Shown here piece by piece: positions 1 to 11,039 of a stretch of 64,000 bases of DNA (within the stretch, counting starts at the first letter, position 1; every line of letters begins with the position of its first letter). The DNA comes from a virus, in the IMG/VR virus record IMGVR_UViG_3300027763_000027, positions 96,001 through 160,000 of that record. One strand, 5' to 3'. Under the pieces are notes generated by a model, which saw only the letters and a list, made by a program, of their open reading frames with translations, was not told the DNA's origin and searched no databases. A program made the position numbers and the translations under genes.

Positions 1-228
1 AAAAGAACTGCTAGTAAATTCAGAGAAAAAGAAAGACCACAAATAGGAACTCCTTGTGATTGTTGTAGTAGAACAGATAAAAAATTGATATTAGATCATT
101 GTCATATTACTGACGCTTTTCGTGGTTGGTTATGTCAAAATTGCAATTTAGGTATTGGAAGATTAAATGATTCTTTACAAGGAGTAAAAAATGCTTTAAA
201 ATATTTGGAGAAATTTTATGACTCATAA
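1..228 (+). CDS. Recombination endonuclease VII-like nuclease, 5'-truncated by window
   Basis: Frame 1 translation by hand: CDCC...LILDHCHITDAFRGWLCQNCNLGIG, the EndoVII DHxH/RGxLCxxCN signature; TAA at 226-228. Confidence 0.85.
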   Translation, partial: KRTASKFREKERPQIGTPCDCCSRTDKKLILDHCHITDAFRGWLCQNCNLGIGRLNDSLQGVKNALKYLEKFYDS

Positions 229-306
229 GTTATATGAAATGTTTATTGTTATATTAGGTGTGATAGCTAATATTGTGCTTATTATAAATGCAATTCATCA
301 TTGGTA

Positions 307-969
307 ATGAATAAATATTTAATTGTATCAGATATTCACCTTGGAGATAAAGATTGCAAGGCTGAAATTTTATTAAAAGTTTTTAAACAAAACAAAGCAA
401 AAACAATTATAATTGCTGGCGATCTTTTTGACCACCACAATCTTCATAGGTTAAATAAAACTCATTGGAAGGTATTATCTAAACTACGAAAACTTTCTAA
501 AAAATGCAAGATAATTTATCTGATTGGCAATCATTGTTTTCTTAAAGCAGAGTTTATGAGTATTCTTCTTGGTTTTAATTGCAAAGACGAACATATTATA
601 GAATTAAAAAATAGTAAAGTATTAGTTGTTCACGGAGATGTTTTCGACATTTATTTTACAAAATATAAATGGATTACTAATTTTATTGTTAAAGCCTATT
701 ACTTTATTAGACATTATACTCCATTTGCAGATGATTTCTTTAGATTATTTAAACATCATACAAACGATTTTGTAGAGAAAAGCTCGGATATTAAACAAAA
801 CGCTTTGAATTACATCAATATGAATAGATATGATAAGATAATTTGCGGTCATACCCATCTTCCAGAATATAGCGATAAATACATAAATACTGGAAGTTTT
901 TGTGAAAAAGAATGTAGCTATGTTATTATAGATAAAAAAGACAAGATAACATTGACAAATATTAAATAA
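307..969 (+). CDS. Calcineurin-like metallophosphoesterase (LpxH/UDP-2,3-diacylglucosamine hydrolase-like)
   Basis: SDIHLG, GDLFD, GNH, HGD, GHTH, NTG motifs; ATG at 307 overlaps the stop of a 29-aa upstream ORF (218-307). Confidence 0.8.
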   Translation: MNKYLIVSDIHLGDKDCKAEILLKVFKQNKAKTIIIAGDLFDHHNLHRLNKTHWKVLSKLRKLSKKCKIIYLIGNHCFLKAEFMSILLGFNCKDEHIIELKNSKVLVVHGDVFDIYFTKYKWITNFIVKAYYFIRHYTPFADDFFRLFKHHTNDFVEKSSDIKQNALNYINMNRYDKIICGHTHLPEYSDKYINTGSFCEKECSYVIIDKKDKITLTNIK

Positions 970-986
970 AAGGTATCATATAGTAT

Positions 987-1634
987 ATGGGTTTATTTAA
1001 TTATATCAAAGTTGAGCAAGATTTACCTCTTAACGAGGAATTAAAAGCTCTTAATATTGACTTTAAGAAAGAAGAATTTCAAACAAAAGAACTAGAAGAA
1101 AGCCTTATGTCTACCTATATTATCCGTGATTATAGATTATTTGAATTAAAAATAAATAGTCATTGGGAAGATAATCCAGACTATGCAAAAGATGGCAGTA
1201 GATTTGGTGAATTTTTTAATAAGAATAAATTGGTAGAAGATAGTAGAGAAGAAGTTTTTAGAGATGATTATACTGGCACATTTACTTTTGGTGCTTATAT
1301 CTCTGGTAAAACTAAAGAAAGCTATGATTACTTTCCAGACTGGAAATGTGTCGTAGTCCAAGGTTTATTAACAGAAATATCCTTAATTAAGCCAATAGAA
1401 AAAAATTCATCTAGACAAAGAATAGAATCTCTAGAAGCCTTTAAAAAAGAATTAGACGATCACGAAAGAAAAATGAGATGTCCAGTTTATAGTTTTTATT
1501 TTAAATATTATGTTAAGGCTATGAATGTTATTGAATGGAAACTTGATGCTGGAATAAATACTATCATAAGATTCTTCAACTGGTTGCGATGGAAAGGTAT
1601 TAGAAAAATAATAAGGATTTTAACACCAAGATGA
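987..1634 (+). CDS. Hypothetical phage protein
   Basis: 215-aa ORF; TTGACA(952)-16-TATCAT promoter immediately upstream. Confidence 0.7.
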   Translation: MGLFNYIKVEQDLPLNEELKALNIDFKKEEFQTKELEESLMSTYIIRDYRLFELKINSHWEDNPDYAKDGSRFGEFFNKNKLVEDSREEVFRDDYTGTFTFGAYISGKTKESYDYFPDWKCVVVQGLLTEISLIKPIEKNSSRQRIESLEAFKKELDDHERKMRCPVYSFYFKYYVKAMNVIEWKLDAGINTIIRFFNWLRWKGIRKIIRILTPR

Positions 1635-2293
1635 AAAAGAGCAAAAGAAATAAAAATACTTTTAAGAAAATCTTTCCTACGAAAGAGATACTAGAAAAAC
1701 ATCTTTTTATTGATATAGAAAAACAAGAAATTACAAAACTTTCTACTGGAAACAAATTAACTTTTCGTTTAGCTGGTAGAAAGAACAATCATTATCATAC
1801 AATTAATTTTTGTTTAAAAGGAAAATCGTATAATTTTTTGGTGCATCGTTTATTTTTTTATTGGCATTATGGATATTTGCCATATCAAATAGATCACATA
1901 GACGGAAATAGTCTTAATAATAAAATTAATAACTTAAGAGAGACAAACGACTCTAATAATCAAAGGAACAAAAAGAAAAATAATATTAGACTTGGTAAAA
2001 AGACATCTTCTAGACATAAAAATGTAACTTGGGATAAAAGAGGAAAAAAATGGATTGCCAGAGTCAATCTCAATAAAAAGAAGCAAGGGTTAGGAAGCTA
2101 TGAAAATGAAGATGATGCTGGCGAAGCCGTTAATCAATTTTATATAAAAAATAATTTGATAGATTACGCACACTTTAATGATACTCCTCAACAAAGAATA
2201 AGAGAGAATAATCAATTTGACCCCTTACCACCAGAGATGAATCATCTTAAAGATTTATTTTTAAATATTGAGCCTTTGGTAGATTTTAAATGA
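1631..2293 (+). CDS. Free-standing HNH homing endonuclease with AP2-like domain
   Basis: VHRL...IDHIDGNSLNNKINNLR HNH motif then KNVTWDKRGKKWIARV...LGSY AP2-like motif. Confidence 0.85.
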   Translation: MKKSKRNKNTFKKIFPTKEILEKHLFIDIEKQEITKLSTGNKLTFRLAGRKNNHYHTINFCLKGKSYNFLVHRLFFYWHYGYLPYQIDHIDGNSLNNKINNLRETNDSNNQRNKKKNNIRLGKKTSSRHKNVTWDKRGKKWIARVNLNKKKQGLGSYENEDDAGEAVNQFYIKNNLIDYAHFNDTPQQRIRENNQFDPLPPEMNHLKDLFLNIEPLVDFK

Positions 2294-2481
2294 AGAAAAA
2301 CACTCATATTTTAGAAGTTAAAGAACAAGACGGATATCAATACATTGAGTTGCCAGATTCTTTGATGAAAAAAATGGGATGGAAAATCGGTGATACGATT
2401 GATTGGCAAGATAACAAAGATGGTAGTTGGAGTTTGTTGAAAGTTGTAAGTCCTTCTAAATCAAAAAAAAACAAAATTTGA
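2290..2481 (+). CDS. AbrB/MazE/SpoVT-like small DNA-binding protein
   Basis: YIELPDSLMKKMGWKIGDTI pattern. Confidence 0.65.
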   Translation: MKKNTHILEVKEQDGYQYIELPDSLMKKMGWKIGDTIDWQDNKDGSWSLLKVVSPSKSKKNKI

Positions 2482-2512
2482 CAGCTTGGATAATCCAGTA
2501 TAAACTGGAAGT

Positions 2513-3625
2513 ATGAAGTTACCTACAATTTATAAAAAGACTAAAACTGGCAAAGTCCAAGAGTGGACTATTGAAGTTAAAGGGAATCAATACCGCACAA
2601 TTTCTGGTCAAACAGATGGCGAAAAGATCACTAACAAATGGACAGATTGCGATATAAAAAACGAAGGTAGATCAAATGCTACTACTCCAGAAGAACAAGC
2701 AATCAAAGAAGCAGAAGCAAAACGCAAAAAGAAATTAGAATCTGGATACTTTGAATCTGTCAAAGATATTAACAAGGTTCAATACTTTGAGCCAATGCTT
2801 GCACAAAAGTATGAAGATCACGAAATTAATTATCCAGTTTATAGCCAACCTAAACTAGATGGTATTCGTTGTATTGTAACAAAAGATGGAATGTTTAGTA
2901 GAAATGGCAAGAAGATTATTTCTGCACCGCACATTCGCCAAAATTTAGATTTATTCTTTAAAGATTATCCTAATGCAATTCTTGATGGTGAGTTATATTG
3001 TGATAAGTTTGCAAATGACTTTAATAAAATTTGTTCCCTTGTCAAGAGAACTAAACCTACTGATGAAGAACTAGAAGAAAGTGCTGATAGTATTCAGTAT
3101 TGGGTTTATGATGCTCCTAAAATTGGAATAATGAATGAGAAAGATTCTTTTTATCAAAGATATGAATTAGTATCTGATGCTCTTACTAAAAGAAAATATA
3201 CAAGCATAGTTGTTGTAACTACTTTAAAAGTAAATAACGAAAAAGAACTTACTCAAGCATACGAAATGTATGTAGAGCAAGGCTATGAAGGTCAAATGGT
3301 TAGATTAGACCGACCTTATGAGAATAAGCGTAGCAAGTTTCTTCTTAAAAGAAAAGAGTTTATGGATGCCGAATTTGAGATTAAAGGAGTCCAAGAAGGC
3401 GAAGGCAATCGCAAAGGAACTGCTGGATATATGGAGTTTGTGAACGCTCAAGGAAAATACTTTAAGAGTAATATCAAAGGTGATTTTGGTTATCTTAAAG
3501 AAGTATATAAAGAAAGAAATGAATTAGTAGGCAAGAAAGCTACAATAAAGTTTTTTAATTACACACCAGATGAAGTGCCAAGGTTTCCTTATGTTGTTGC
3601 TATTGATAGAGATAGCTACGAATAA
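2513..3625 (+). CDS. ATP-dependent DNA ligase
   Basis: QPKLDGIRC adenylation motif, LDGELY, EGQMVR, LLKRK, PRFP. Confidence 0.95.
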   Translation: MKLPTIYKKTKTGKVQEWTIEVKGNQYRTISGQTDGEKITNKWTDCDIKNEGRSNATTPEEQAIKEAEAKRKKKLESGYFESVKDINKVQYFEPMLAQKYEDHEINYPVYSQPKLDGIRCIVTKDGMFSRNGKKIISAPHIRQNLDLFFKDYPNAILDGELYCDKFANDFNKICSLVKRTKPTDEELEESADSIQYWVYDAPKIGIMNEKDSFYQRYELVSDALTKRKYTSIVVVTTLKVNNEKELTQAYEMYVEQGYEGQMVRLDRPYENKRSKFLLKRKEFMDAEFEIKGVQEGEGNRKGTAGYMEFVNAQGKYFKSNIKGDFGYLKEVYKERNELVGKKATIKFFNYTPDEVPRFPYVVAIDRDSYE

Positions 3626-3668
3626 AATATTATTTGACATCATTTTAAATTTAATTTAAATTCAATAT

Positions 3669-5867
3669 ATGAAATTACTAGAAAAACCAATCAATGTAGT
3701 CGAGTCCGATAGTTTTGAATCCGTAAGTTTTGGAATCAAGCAATCTGGACTTCCTTATATCTTCAACATCCTTCGCAATCAGTTGTATTCCAACAAACCT
3801 CTCGCAGTTTTGCGTGAGATTACTTGTAATGCACAAGACGCTAATATCGAAGCAAAGAGCAAGCGTCCTATTGAGATTAAACTTCCTACGAAGCTAGAAC
3901 CTACCTTAACTATCAGAGATTTTGGTAATGGTCTTTCTGCTGATGATATTAAGAATCTTTATTGTTATTATGGTGAATCTACCAAACGCAATAACAATTC
4001 TGCTATTGGATATTACGGCATCGGTAAATTCGCACCATTCAGTTATGGTGATAACTTTGTTTTGATTTCTTATCACGATGGCAAGAAAACTACTTACAAT
4101 GCTTTTATTGATGAAACTAAAATTGGTAAGATCGTTAAGCTCAAGGATGAAAAATCTTCCGAGCCTACTGGCGTTTTGATTTCTGTGCCAATCAAAGAAG
4201 AAGATACAGAAACCTTTTTGTCTACTGCTCAAGAATTATTTAAGTATTTCAAGAACAAGCCAATTATCAAAGGTGCAAGAAAAGAAGATTTGTCAGAAAT
4301 CTATGATCGCACACCAGTATTTAAAGGTAATGGTTGGGCTTATTATAATAACTCTGGCTATGGTAGAGAATCTGTTGCGATTATGGGAGTTGGTTATCCT
4401 ATCGAAACTAGCGATGTGCAATTCAAAGAAGATTCTGACGAGCAAAGTATTTGCTCTCAAGGATTTGAAGTAGAGTTTGAACTTGGCGAACTAGATATTA
4501 CTGCAAGCCGAGAGAATCTAGAATATACTGAAAAGACTAGAAAAGCTATTAGAGATAAATTCCGTAAAATCAAGAAAGAGATGGCAGAGTGCATCTCTCA
4601 ACAATTTAAAGATTCTACAAACATCTATGATGCCAAAGCTCTTTATAACGAAGTCTTTGGGACTTATGGCAGTTTGGGTTATATTGTTCGTAACGCTTTA
4701 AGCAACAAAGTGACTTGGAATAGCAAAACTATTACTGATAATCATATTGATTTCAATGATAAGATTGCGAAGATGATTGAGAATGGCAAATTGACTTCAA
4801 AGTTTTATCAGAAGTCTCGCAGAAGCACAAAATTAAATTCAGAGAATGAAGCCAAAAGGATTCTTTGCGAAAAGACACATAAAGTCCTAGTCAATGATAC
4901 TGGTTCAGCTATGGGAGTAACTCATCGTCTTGCTACTCTTTGGAATGAATTAGGAGACAAGATTGATGGTGCTTATGTATTTACATTCGTAGATCAAGCA
5001 ACGAAAGATACCTTTAACAAAGAACTTGGTATTGTTAATGAGAATTATTTGAATCTTTCTGATTATGAGAAGATTACTATTCAGAAGATCAACTCTGGAA
5101 CTAGCGTTGTAACCAGTAAGAATCCAAAACATTCTTCTCAAATCTTTAAGTTTAAGCGTAAAGACGCTACGAATTGGGGAACAAATTCTAATAATTGGGA
5201 GACTATGGCTATGGATTTAGCTAATGATACTGCTATCTATGTGGAGATCAGTAACTTCCAAGCCCAAGGCAAGGAACACGAATTTAGAAATGGGACTCTA
5301 AAAGATATTCTTGAGAAGTATGAAGAACTTACTGGCGAGAAACTTCCAGAGATTTATGGAATCAAATCTAAAACTTTTGAAGCCAAGAAAAAGATTATTA
5401 CTAAAAATAAAAATCTTACAAGCCTCTGGAAATATCTTGAAGATGGAATCCGCAAGGAGTATTCTAAACTATCACAGCAAATCACAGACAAGAACCATTG
5501 GGATAAGCACAATGGAGAAGATAATGGTTTTGCTGATCTTGTTCAAAATCTCCACAAGAAAGAACTACACGAACTTATTGAAAATCAAAATTCAGAGTTT
5601 GCACAATACTTGAGTGCGATTATGTTCTATGCGAAATCGAACTTTAAGAAGGTTGGCGAAGCTCTTGGGTTTTTAAAATTGGCTGAAATTGATATTAAAT
5701 TCGATCAAGTCAATCCAACTTATAATTTGGATACTCTCTTAAAGAATATCCAAAGCAAATATGAAATACTCGATGTATTTATGCCTCATACTTCTATGTG
5801 GCAGATTAGCGAGAAGAAACAAATGACAAGGATTGTAAATTACATAAATGTCATTGACAAAAACTAA
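3669..5867 (+). CDS. rIIA: rIIA-like protein (N-terminal GHKL ATPase)
   Basis: LYSNKPLAVLREITCNAQDA, IRDFGNGL, GYYGIGK, SRENL; followed by rIIB-like gene. Confidence 0.85.
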   Translation: MKLLEKPINVVESDSFESVSFGIKQSGLPYIFNILRNQLYSNKPLAVLREITCNAQDANIEAKSKRPIEIKLPTKLEPTLTIRDFGNGLSADDIKNLYCYYGESTKRNNNSAIGYYGIGKFAPFSYGDNFVLISYHDGKKTTYNAFIDETKIGKIVKLKDEKSSEPTGVLISVPIKEEDTETFLSTAQELFKYFKNKPIIKGARKEDLSEIYDRTPVFKGNGWAYYNNSGYGRESVAIMGVGYPIETSDVQFKEDSDEQSICSQGFEVEFELGELDITASRENLEYTEKTRKAIRDKFRKIKKEMAECISQQFKDSTNIYDAKALYNEVFGTYGSLGYIVRNALSNKVTWNSKTITDNHIDFNDKIAKMIENGKLTSKFYQKSRRSTKLNSENEAKRILCEKTHKVLVNDTGSAMGVTHRLATLWNELGDKIDGAYVFTFVDQATKDTFNKELGIVNENYLNLSDYEKITIQKINSGTSVVTSKNPKHSSQIFKFKRKDATNWGTNSNNWETMAMDLANDTAIYVEISNFQAQGKEHEFRNGTLKDILEKYEELTGEKLPEIYGIKSKTFEAKKKIITKNKNLTSLWKYLEDGIRKEYSKLSQQITDKNHWDKHNGEDNGFADLVQNLHKKELHELIENQNSEFAQYLSAIMFYAKSNFKKVGEALGFLKLAEIDIKFDQVNPTYNLDTLLKNIQSKYEILDVFMPHTSMWQISEKKQMTRIVNYINVIDKN

Positions 5868-5889
5868 AAAAAGAGAGAAAATACAAAAA

Positions 5890-6807
5890 ATGAAAATACC
5901 ATATATATTAACAGATCGTAGTCTTACTATCGTTCTTAACGATGAGCCAAAGACTATCACTAGCGAAAATCCAGTTTGGAATGACGCTATCACCGCAATC
6001 AGAGAAGGAAGGTTTAGCGATCTTCCAGATATTCTCGACAAGAGCAAAGCTATTGCACGATTCTCTCACGGCAAGATTGAAGTCCGTGATGGTCTTGTGA
6101 CTTATGCTGGCGAAGAAATTCATAATATTGTTGTAGATAGAATCTTAAACTTTATTAAGAATGGTTTGCCTTATGAGCCTCTTGTTAAGTTTCTTGATAA
6201 GCTAATGGCAAATCCTTCTCGTAGAGCAGTTAATGAACTCTACAAATTCTTGGAGCATAAAAAAATGCCTCTCACACCAGATGGCGATTTCCTTGCATAT
6301 AAGAGTGTTAGAGCAGATTTTACTGATTGGTATAGTGGCAAACATAATTTTGCTATCGGCCAAGTCCGTGAGATGGCAAGAAATCAAGTTTGCGATAATG
6401 CAGATGTTGGTTGTTCTGCTGGTTATCACGCTGGCTCAGAAGAATATGCAAAAAGTTTTAATGGTGGTGGTAATCTTGTGATAGTTAAGATTAACCCTGC
6501 TGATGTTGTATCTGTTCCAACAGATTGTGAATGTCAGAAACTTCGTGCATCTAAACTAGAAGTTGTTGCACTATATCGTAAATCTCTTGACAAAGAACTT
6601 TATGATATTGCTTATGGAAACTTTATTCATCCATATAGTCCAGAAGCTCAAGAAGCTATGCAAGAAATGTATGATGTAGACCCCGATGGCGAATACGATG
6701 ATGAAGATGAGGAAGATGATGTTCCTAGTTGGGGAACTGATGGCACACTTAAAGCGAATTATCACAATAAGCGTGACCCTCATACTGGAAGGTTTATTAA
6801 GGGATAA
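5890..6807 (+). CDS. rIIB: rIIB-like protein
   Basis: NPSRRAVNELYKFL, TPDGDFLAYK, CSAGYH, VKINPADVVSVP; likely start MKIPY at 5890. Confidence 0.85.
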   Translation: MKIPYILTDRSLTIVLNDEPKTITSENPVWNDAITAIREGRFSDLPDILDKSKAIARFSHGKIEVRDGLVTYAGEEIHNIVVDRILNFIKNGLPYEPLVKFLDKLMANPSRRAVNELYKFLEHKKMPLTPDGDFLAYKSVRADFTDWYSGKHNFAIGQVREMARNQVCDNADVGCSAGYHAGSEEYAKSFNGGGNLVIVKINPADVVSVPTDCECQKLRASKLEVVALYRKSLDKELYDIAYGNFIHPYSPEAQEAMQEMYDVDPDGEYDDEDEEDDVPSWGTDGTLKANYHNKRDPHTGRFIKG

Positions 6808-7049
6808 TGAAGTTAGGTTTGCACATTGATTGGTGCATAGGGAGATGGTTTGGTAGGAACAATAATCTTGAGATTAGAGTTACCCTACCGACCATCTCTC
6901 TCGGTTATAAACAAGAAGATGATGATAAATGGTTTGGATTTAAATTCAATTTAAGGACAGACATATCATTTGAATCATACGAATATGGAAAAATATTTAC
7001 CTTGATTTTATTTGGATTTGGAGTTAAAGTAAGCAAGTTTAATTTATGA
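6807..7049 (+). CDS. Hypothetical protein
   Basis: Coupled ORF (stop/start overlap). Confidence 0.55.
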   Translation: MKLGLHIDWCIGRWFGRNNNLEIRVTLPTISLGYKQEDDDKWFGFKFNLRTDISFESYEYGKIFTLILFGFGVKVSKFNL

Positions 7050-7240
7050 GTGAAGAAGATAATTTTAATTGTAAAGCTGGAAATCAGTTGAGAGATACTT
7101 TATATAAAGATATATTAAGATATGCTCACGAAAGCGATATGACAGCTTATCAAGTAATTGGCGTTTTAGAATCATTGAAATTTGATTTATTAAATGCTAT
7201 GAGAAATGTTGATGAAGGAGGAGATGAAGATGAAATCTAA
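7046..7240 (+). CDS. Hypothetical protein
   Basis: Coupled ORF. Confidence 0.55.
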   Translation: MSEEDNFNCKAGNQLRDTLYKDILRYAHESDMTAYQVIGVLESLKFDLLNAMRNVDEGGDEDEI

Positions 7241-7480
7241 TCGTGGTCGTAAAAAAGGTTCGTTTTGTTTTTCAATGGTAACATTGAGTGAACTTAATAA
7301 AGTATTGAAGCAAGATGCAGTAGTTATCGTATCAAAGAAATTCCTCGACAATTTAAATATAAAAGGAATTGAAAAGGAAGTCAATACTAAAACCTATAAT
7401 AGTTTAGAGCAACCTATTGATTTTCAAGTAGTTTAAACAAACTTCTTGATTAGAATTTAAAACCCATATATAAAGGTTCT

Positions 7481-8416
7481 ATGGCAAAAGAAAATTATTC
7501 AGAAATAGTTGGACAAGAAAAAACAAAAGGAAAGTTAAACTTTCTACTTGAGGGATTTGAGCAAACAAAAATTATGCCTCATCTTCTTTTTGTTGCTCCA
7601 AGAGGTTGCGGTAAAACTATGATCGCTCAAGAGACAGCGAAGATTATGAATAGAGAAAGGAATGTTATTGTTAATTGCTCTACAATCAAAAATGTTAAGA
7701 GTTTCTTTAATCAAATTATGCTTCCTTATGTTTATGATAAGAATACTACAATTATCTTTGATGAAGCAAGTGAATTGCCTAGAGATGTGACTATGGCACT
7801 TCTTACTATTTTAAATCCTAATACTAATAATCAAAATGAATTTACTTTTGAAGATGGGACTTATACTTTCAGATTCAATCAAAACTCTTTTATCTTTTGC
7901 ACAACAGAAGCTCAAAAGATTTTTCACGCTCTTGCCGATAGACTTTATAGAATTGATATGGAAGATTATTCTTATATTAGTCTTGGTAAGATTATTCAGA
8001 ATAACTTGAAATCTAAAAGTCAATTCATAGAATTAGATGTTATTGATGAAGTCGCTAGTGTTTGCCGTGGTAATGCTAGACAAGCTCAATCCTTGGCGAA
8101 TCAAATCTCATCTTATTTGATGAGTAAAAAATCTAATAAACTCACTATTGGAGGTTGGAGTGAGATTAAAGGCAAATTATCCATCTACCCTCTCGGTCTT
8201 TCAGAAATTGAACTTAATATAATTAAAATTCTAAAAGAACACGGAGAAGTTAGATTAACCAATCTTTCAGCTAAAACTAATCTTACCAAAGATATGTTGC
8301 AAAAGAATGTTGAAATGTATTTGATGAGAAATAATCTTATTGAGATTCGTCCAACTGGTCGTGCTTTAACTAAAAAAGGTCACGATTATCATAAGGAGCA
8401 TCTTGAAAAGCGTTAA
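7481..8416 (+). CDS. ruvB: RuvB-like AAA+ Holliday-junction branch-migration ATPase
   Basis: IVGQE, PHLLF, Walker A APRGCGKT, Walker B IIFDEA, CRGNAR, C-terminal winged helix ending RPTGRALT. Confidence 0.8.
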   Translation: MAKENYSEIVGQEKTKGKLNFLLEGFEQTKIMPHLLFVAPRGCGKTMIAQETAKIMNRERNVIVNCSTIKNVKSFFNQIMLPYVYDKNTTIIFDEASELPRDVTMALLTILNPNTNNQNEFTFEDGTYTFRFNQNSFIFCTTEAQKIFHALADRLYRIDMEDYSYISLGKIIQNNLKSKSQFIELDVIDEVASVCRGNARQAQSLANQISSYLMSKKSNKLTIGGWSEIKGKLSIYPLGLSEIELNIIKILKEHGEVRLTNLSAKTNLTKDMLQKNVEMYLMRNNLIEIRPTGRALTKKGHDYHKEHLEKR

Positions 8417-9028
8417 AATTAAAAGCAAAAAATACGGCACAATTAGCGAAGTTAAATACTATAATAGTAAAATTAAAATGTTTTATTGCTATATCCCTCA
8501 TCTTGATATGAATATGCACATACATCCTTCTGCTTTTTTGCTTGATATTGGAGAAAAAGAGCTAGATAATCTAAAAATGGAGATGTTACTAAATGAACAA
8601 GAAAATAATTGATAAAATTGATTTAGTTATAGAAGATATTTTTAATCTTCAAGAATTAATAGACTTCGACACATCTGATTCTAGCGAATACGATTTGGAT
8701 TCAGTAGTGACTCTACTAGCTAAAATTCGTGGTAGAGTAGCGAATCAAGAGGATGAAGTAGAAAAAATTGATCTTAAACAGCTATGACATTACATCCTAA
8801 AATTAAAATGATTGCAGAGGAGTTTGGTGAATCCTATGAATGGATTGCTGGTGATGAGAGCTTGTTTATTAAGGTCGGTAATCATTTCATAGATATTGTA
8901 AAAGAAAGATTAAAAACTTGCAAGCTAGAACTTGTAGAAACTCAAGAAAAAAACGATCATACCTATCTTTGGTTTCGTTCTCCAGAGGAAAACGAACCAG
9001 TTTATGATTTTGAGGATGAGGATGAGGA

Positions 9029-9361
9029 ATGAATATTTATGTTACTGGACATAATTGGCTTGCTAAAGTAGATATTAATACTAATTTAATAGATAAATCT
9101 GATTGGTACAATGAGGCTTGCACAAGAGCAATAGAAAGCGTTCTAGATCAAGAAGAAAAAGATGGAGTAGAATTAAAAATTCAAGATTATGATGATTTTG
9201 GTCTTGGAATTATTACCTTGACTTACGATGAAAAAGACATTAAAAATGAGGGAGAACATCGAGTAATGCTTACAAGTAATATTCTAGCCAACGCTGGGCG
9301 TTGGGAGCAATATAAATTCTTGAAGGATTATGAGGAAAAATGTAAGGAGCAAGGATTATGA
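9029..9361 (+). CDS. Hypothetical protein
   Basis: Coupled ORF in operon-like run. Confidence 0.6.
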   Translation: MNIYVTGHNWLAKVDINTNLIDKSDWYNEACTRAIESVLDQEEKDGVELKIQDYDDFGLGIITLTYDEKDIKNEGEHRVMLTSNILANAGRWEQYKFLKDYEEKCKEQGL

Positions 9362-9705
9362 AACATAAAATATTTTGGGAAAAGAATAGCAGAGTTAAGG
9401 GTGTTGTCCCATCTGCACAAATTATCAATAAAACATCCACGGATAAATTTCCTTGTGATGCAGTAACTATTCGTATGTATAATCTTAATGATAAAAACCC
9501 AACGGCAACCGCATATTTTTATGGGAAAGAAGCTCAAGGAAGCTCTTGGAATGGAAGCAATTATACTTATGCCGAAACTAAATTAATGGTTACCTTTGAT
9601 AAAGATAAAGAAGGTTATAGCTTTAATGGTGGAGCTAAATCATTCTCTTTACAAGACATTAAAGAAGTGTTAGATTCAGTAAGGGAAACATTAAACAAAT
9701 TATGA
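9358..9705 (+). CDS. Hypothetical protein
   Basis: Coupled ORF. Confidence 0.6.
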   Translation: MKHKIFWEKNSRVKGVVPSAQIINKTSTDKFPCDAVTIRMYNLNDKNPTATAYFYGKEAQGSSWNGSNYTYAETKLMVTFDKDKEGYSFNGGAKSFSLQDIKEVLDSVRETLNKL

Positions 9706-10376
9706 GTCAAAAACAAACATTTGAAGAATTGATGCGATCTTTTAGATTTCACAAGAATCCTATTTTAAACTGGTTTCTAGGTGAACTCAGTTATTACTCT
9801 CATACTTATCTTAATGTTAAGTGGGGATTAAAAAATAAACTTCAAAAATTAATTCGTGGATATTCTGATAGTGATTGCTGGAATCTTCCTCAATCTACTG
9901 CGAAGTTTATGCTTCCAAGAATCAAGCATCTTCGACAAAACTATCATAGCCTTGCTAATCGTCACCATTTAATTATTGATGATAAGATTGTTCCTTATGT
10001 TGGTAAAGAAGATGATTTTGTATTTAATACAACTCTTGGATGCCACATTGATAAAACAACTGGCTTGGAAATTTCCCTAGATCAAAAAGAATATGAATAT
10101 GTATTAGATGAAATTATTTTTGCACTCCAAACTATTGTTGATGAAGATGATATTAATGTAAGTCTAGAAGAAGTTTATGAGGTTTATCCAAAAGGATTTG
10201 ACCCAATTAAAGATAGACAAATGTTCTTGACTCGTCAAGAAGATGGCACAAGTTTGGTAGAATTTGAAACAAAGGACAATATTCAACCAGATTACTCAAA
10301 ATTAAATAAAGCCTATGAGCGTCAAAGAAATGGATTGATGCTCCTTGGCCTTTACTTTAAGGACTTATGGGATTAA
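9702..10376 (+). CDS. Conserved hypothetical phage protein
   Basis: RGYSDSDCWNL...LFGxYF-like C-terminus (GLMLLGLYFKDLWD) typical of a widespread phage family. Confidence 0.65.
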   Translation: MSQKQTFEELMRSFRFHKNPILNWFLGELSYYSHTYLNVKWGLKNKLQKLIRGYSDSDCWNLPQSTAKFMLPRIKHLRQNYHSLANRHHLIIDDKIVPYVGKEDDFVFNTTLGCHIDKTTGLEISLDQKEYEYVLDEIIFALQTIVDEDDINVSLEEVYEVYPKGFDPIKDRQMFLTRQEDGTSLVEFETKDNIQPDYSKLNKAYERQRNGLMLLGLYFKDLWD

Positions 10377-10730
10377 ATTATGAACAACGATAGAATACTA
10401 TTAGACATTAAAAGAAGTTTGGTTGATATATCTCAATCACTCTATAATTTATCACTTGATATTAACAAGATTACAAGGAAAATAATTGAAGAAGATGAAA
10501 AAGAAGAAAAAAAGAATGACAAGCGAAGAATTTGAGAAAGCTATGAAAGCTCAAGGTAGATTGGTAAGCAAAGTCTACTATCGTATCACATTTAAAGGTG
10601 TGGGGCTTTATATTTTAAATTCATTTAAGTTTAAATTGTTTCCTAAATTTTTTTATATGAATGGTAAATACTTTACTGAATGTGGATTTAATTGGTTGGG
10701 ATGGATTTTTGAGTTTCAATGGAATAGATA

Positions 10731-11033
10731 ATGAAACCTAGATACGACTTTACTAAAGGAAAATTAATTTCATACGATGGTGAAATTATCGAGTTTGCTG
10801 GTTCAGCAGGAGTGGACAAGTATCCAGATCAAGTGCAAGAAATAATGGATTTATTTGATTTTAAAAAAGGCGAATACCTTGTGACTGATGAAAGCTCTGT
10901 TGGGGATTTTGAAAAACAGAATATGAATCCTAAAAAACTTGCAAAATTTAAGAAAAAATACGGATTCAGTTTGACAAATAAATCAAACATAAGTAAGATA
11001 GCTGAAAGGATGTATAACTTTAGACCATTTTAA
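10731..11033 (+). CDS. Hypothetical protein
   Basis: 100-aa ORF, coupled. Confidence 0.55.
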   Translation: MKPRYDFTKGKLISYDGEIIEFAGSAGVDKYPDQVQEIMDLFDFKKGEYLVTDESSVGDFEKQNMNPKKLAKFKKKYGFSLTNKSNISKIAERMYNFRPF

Positions 11034-11039
11034 AAATGT

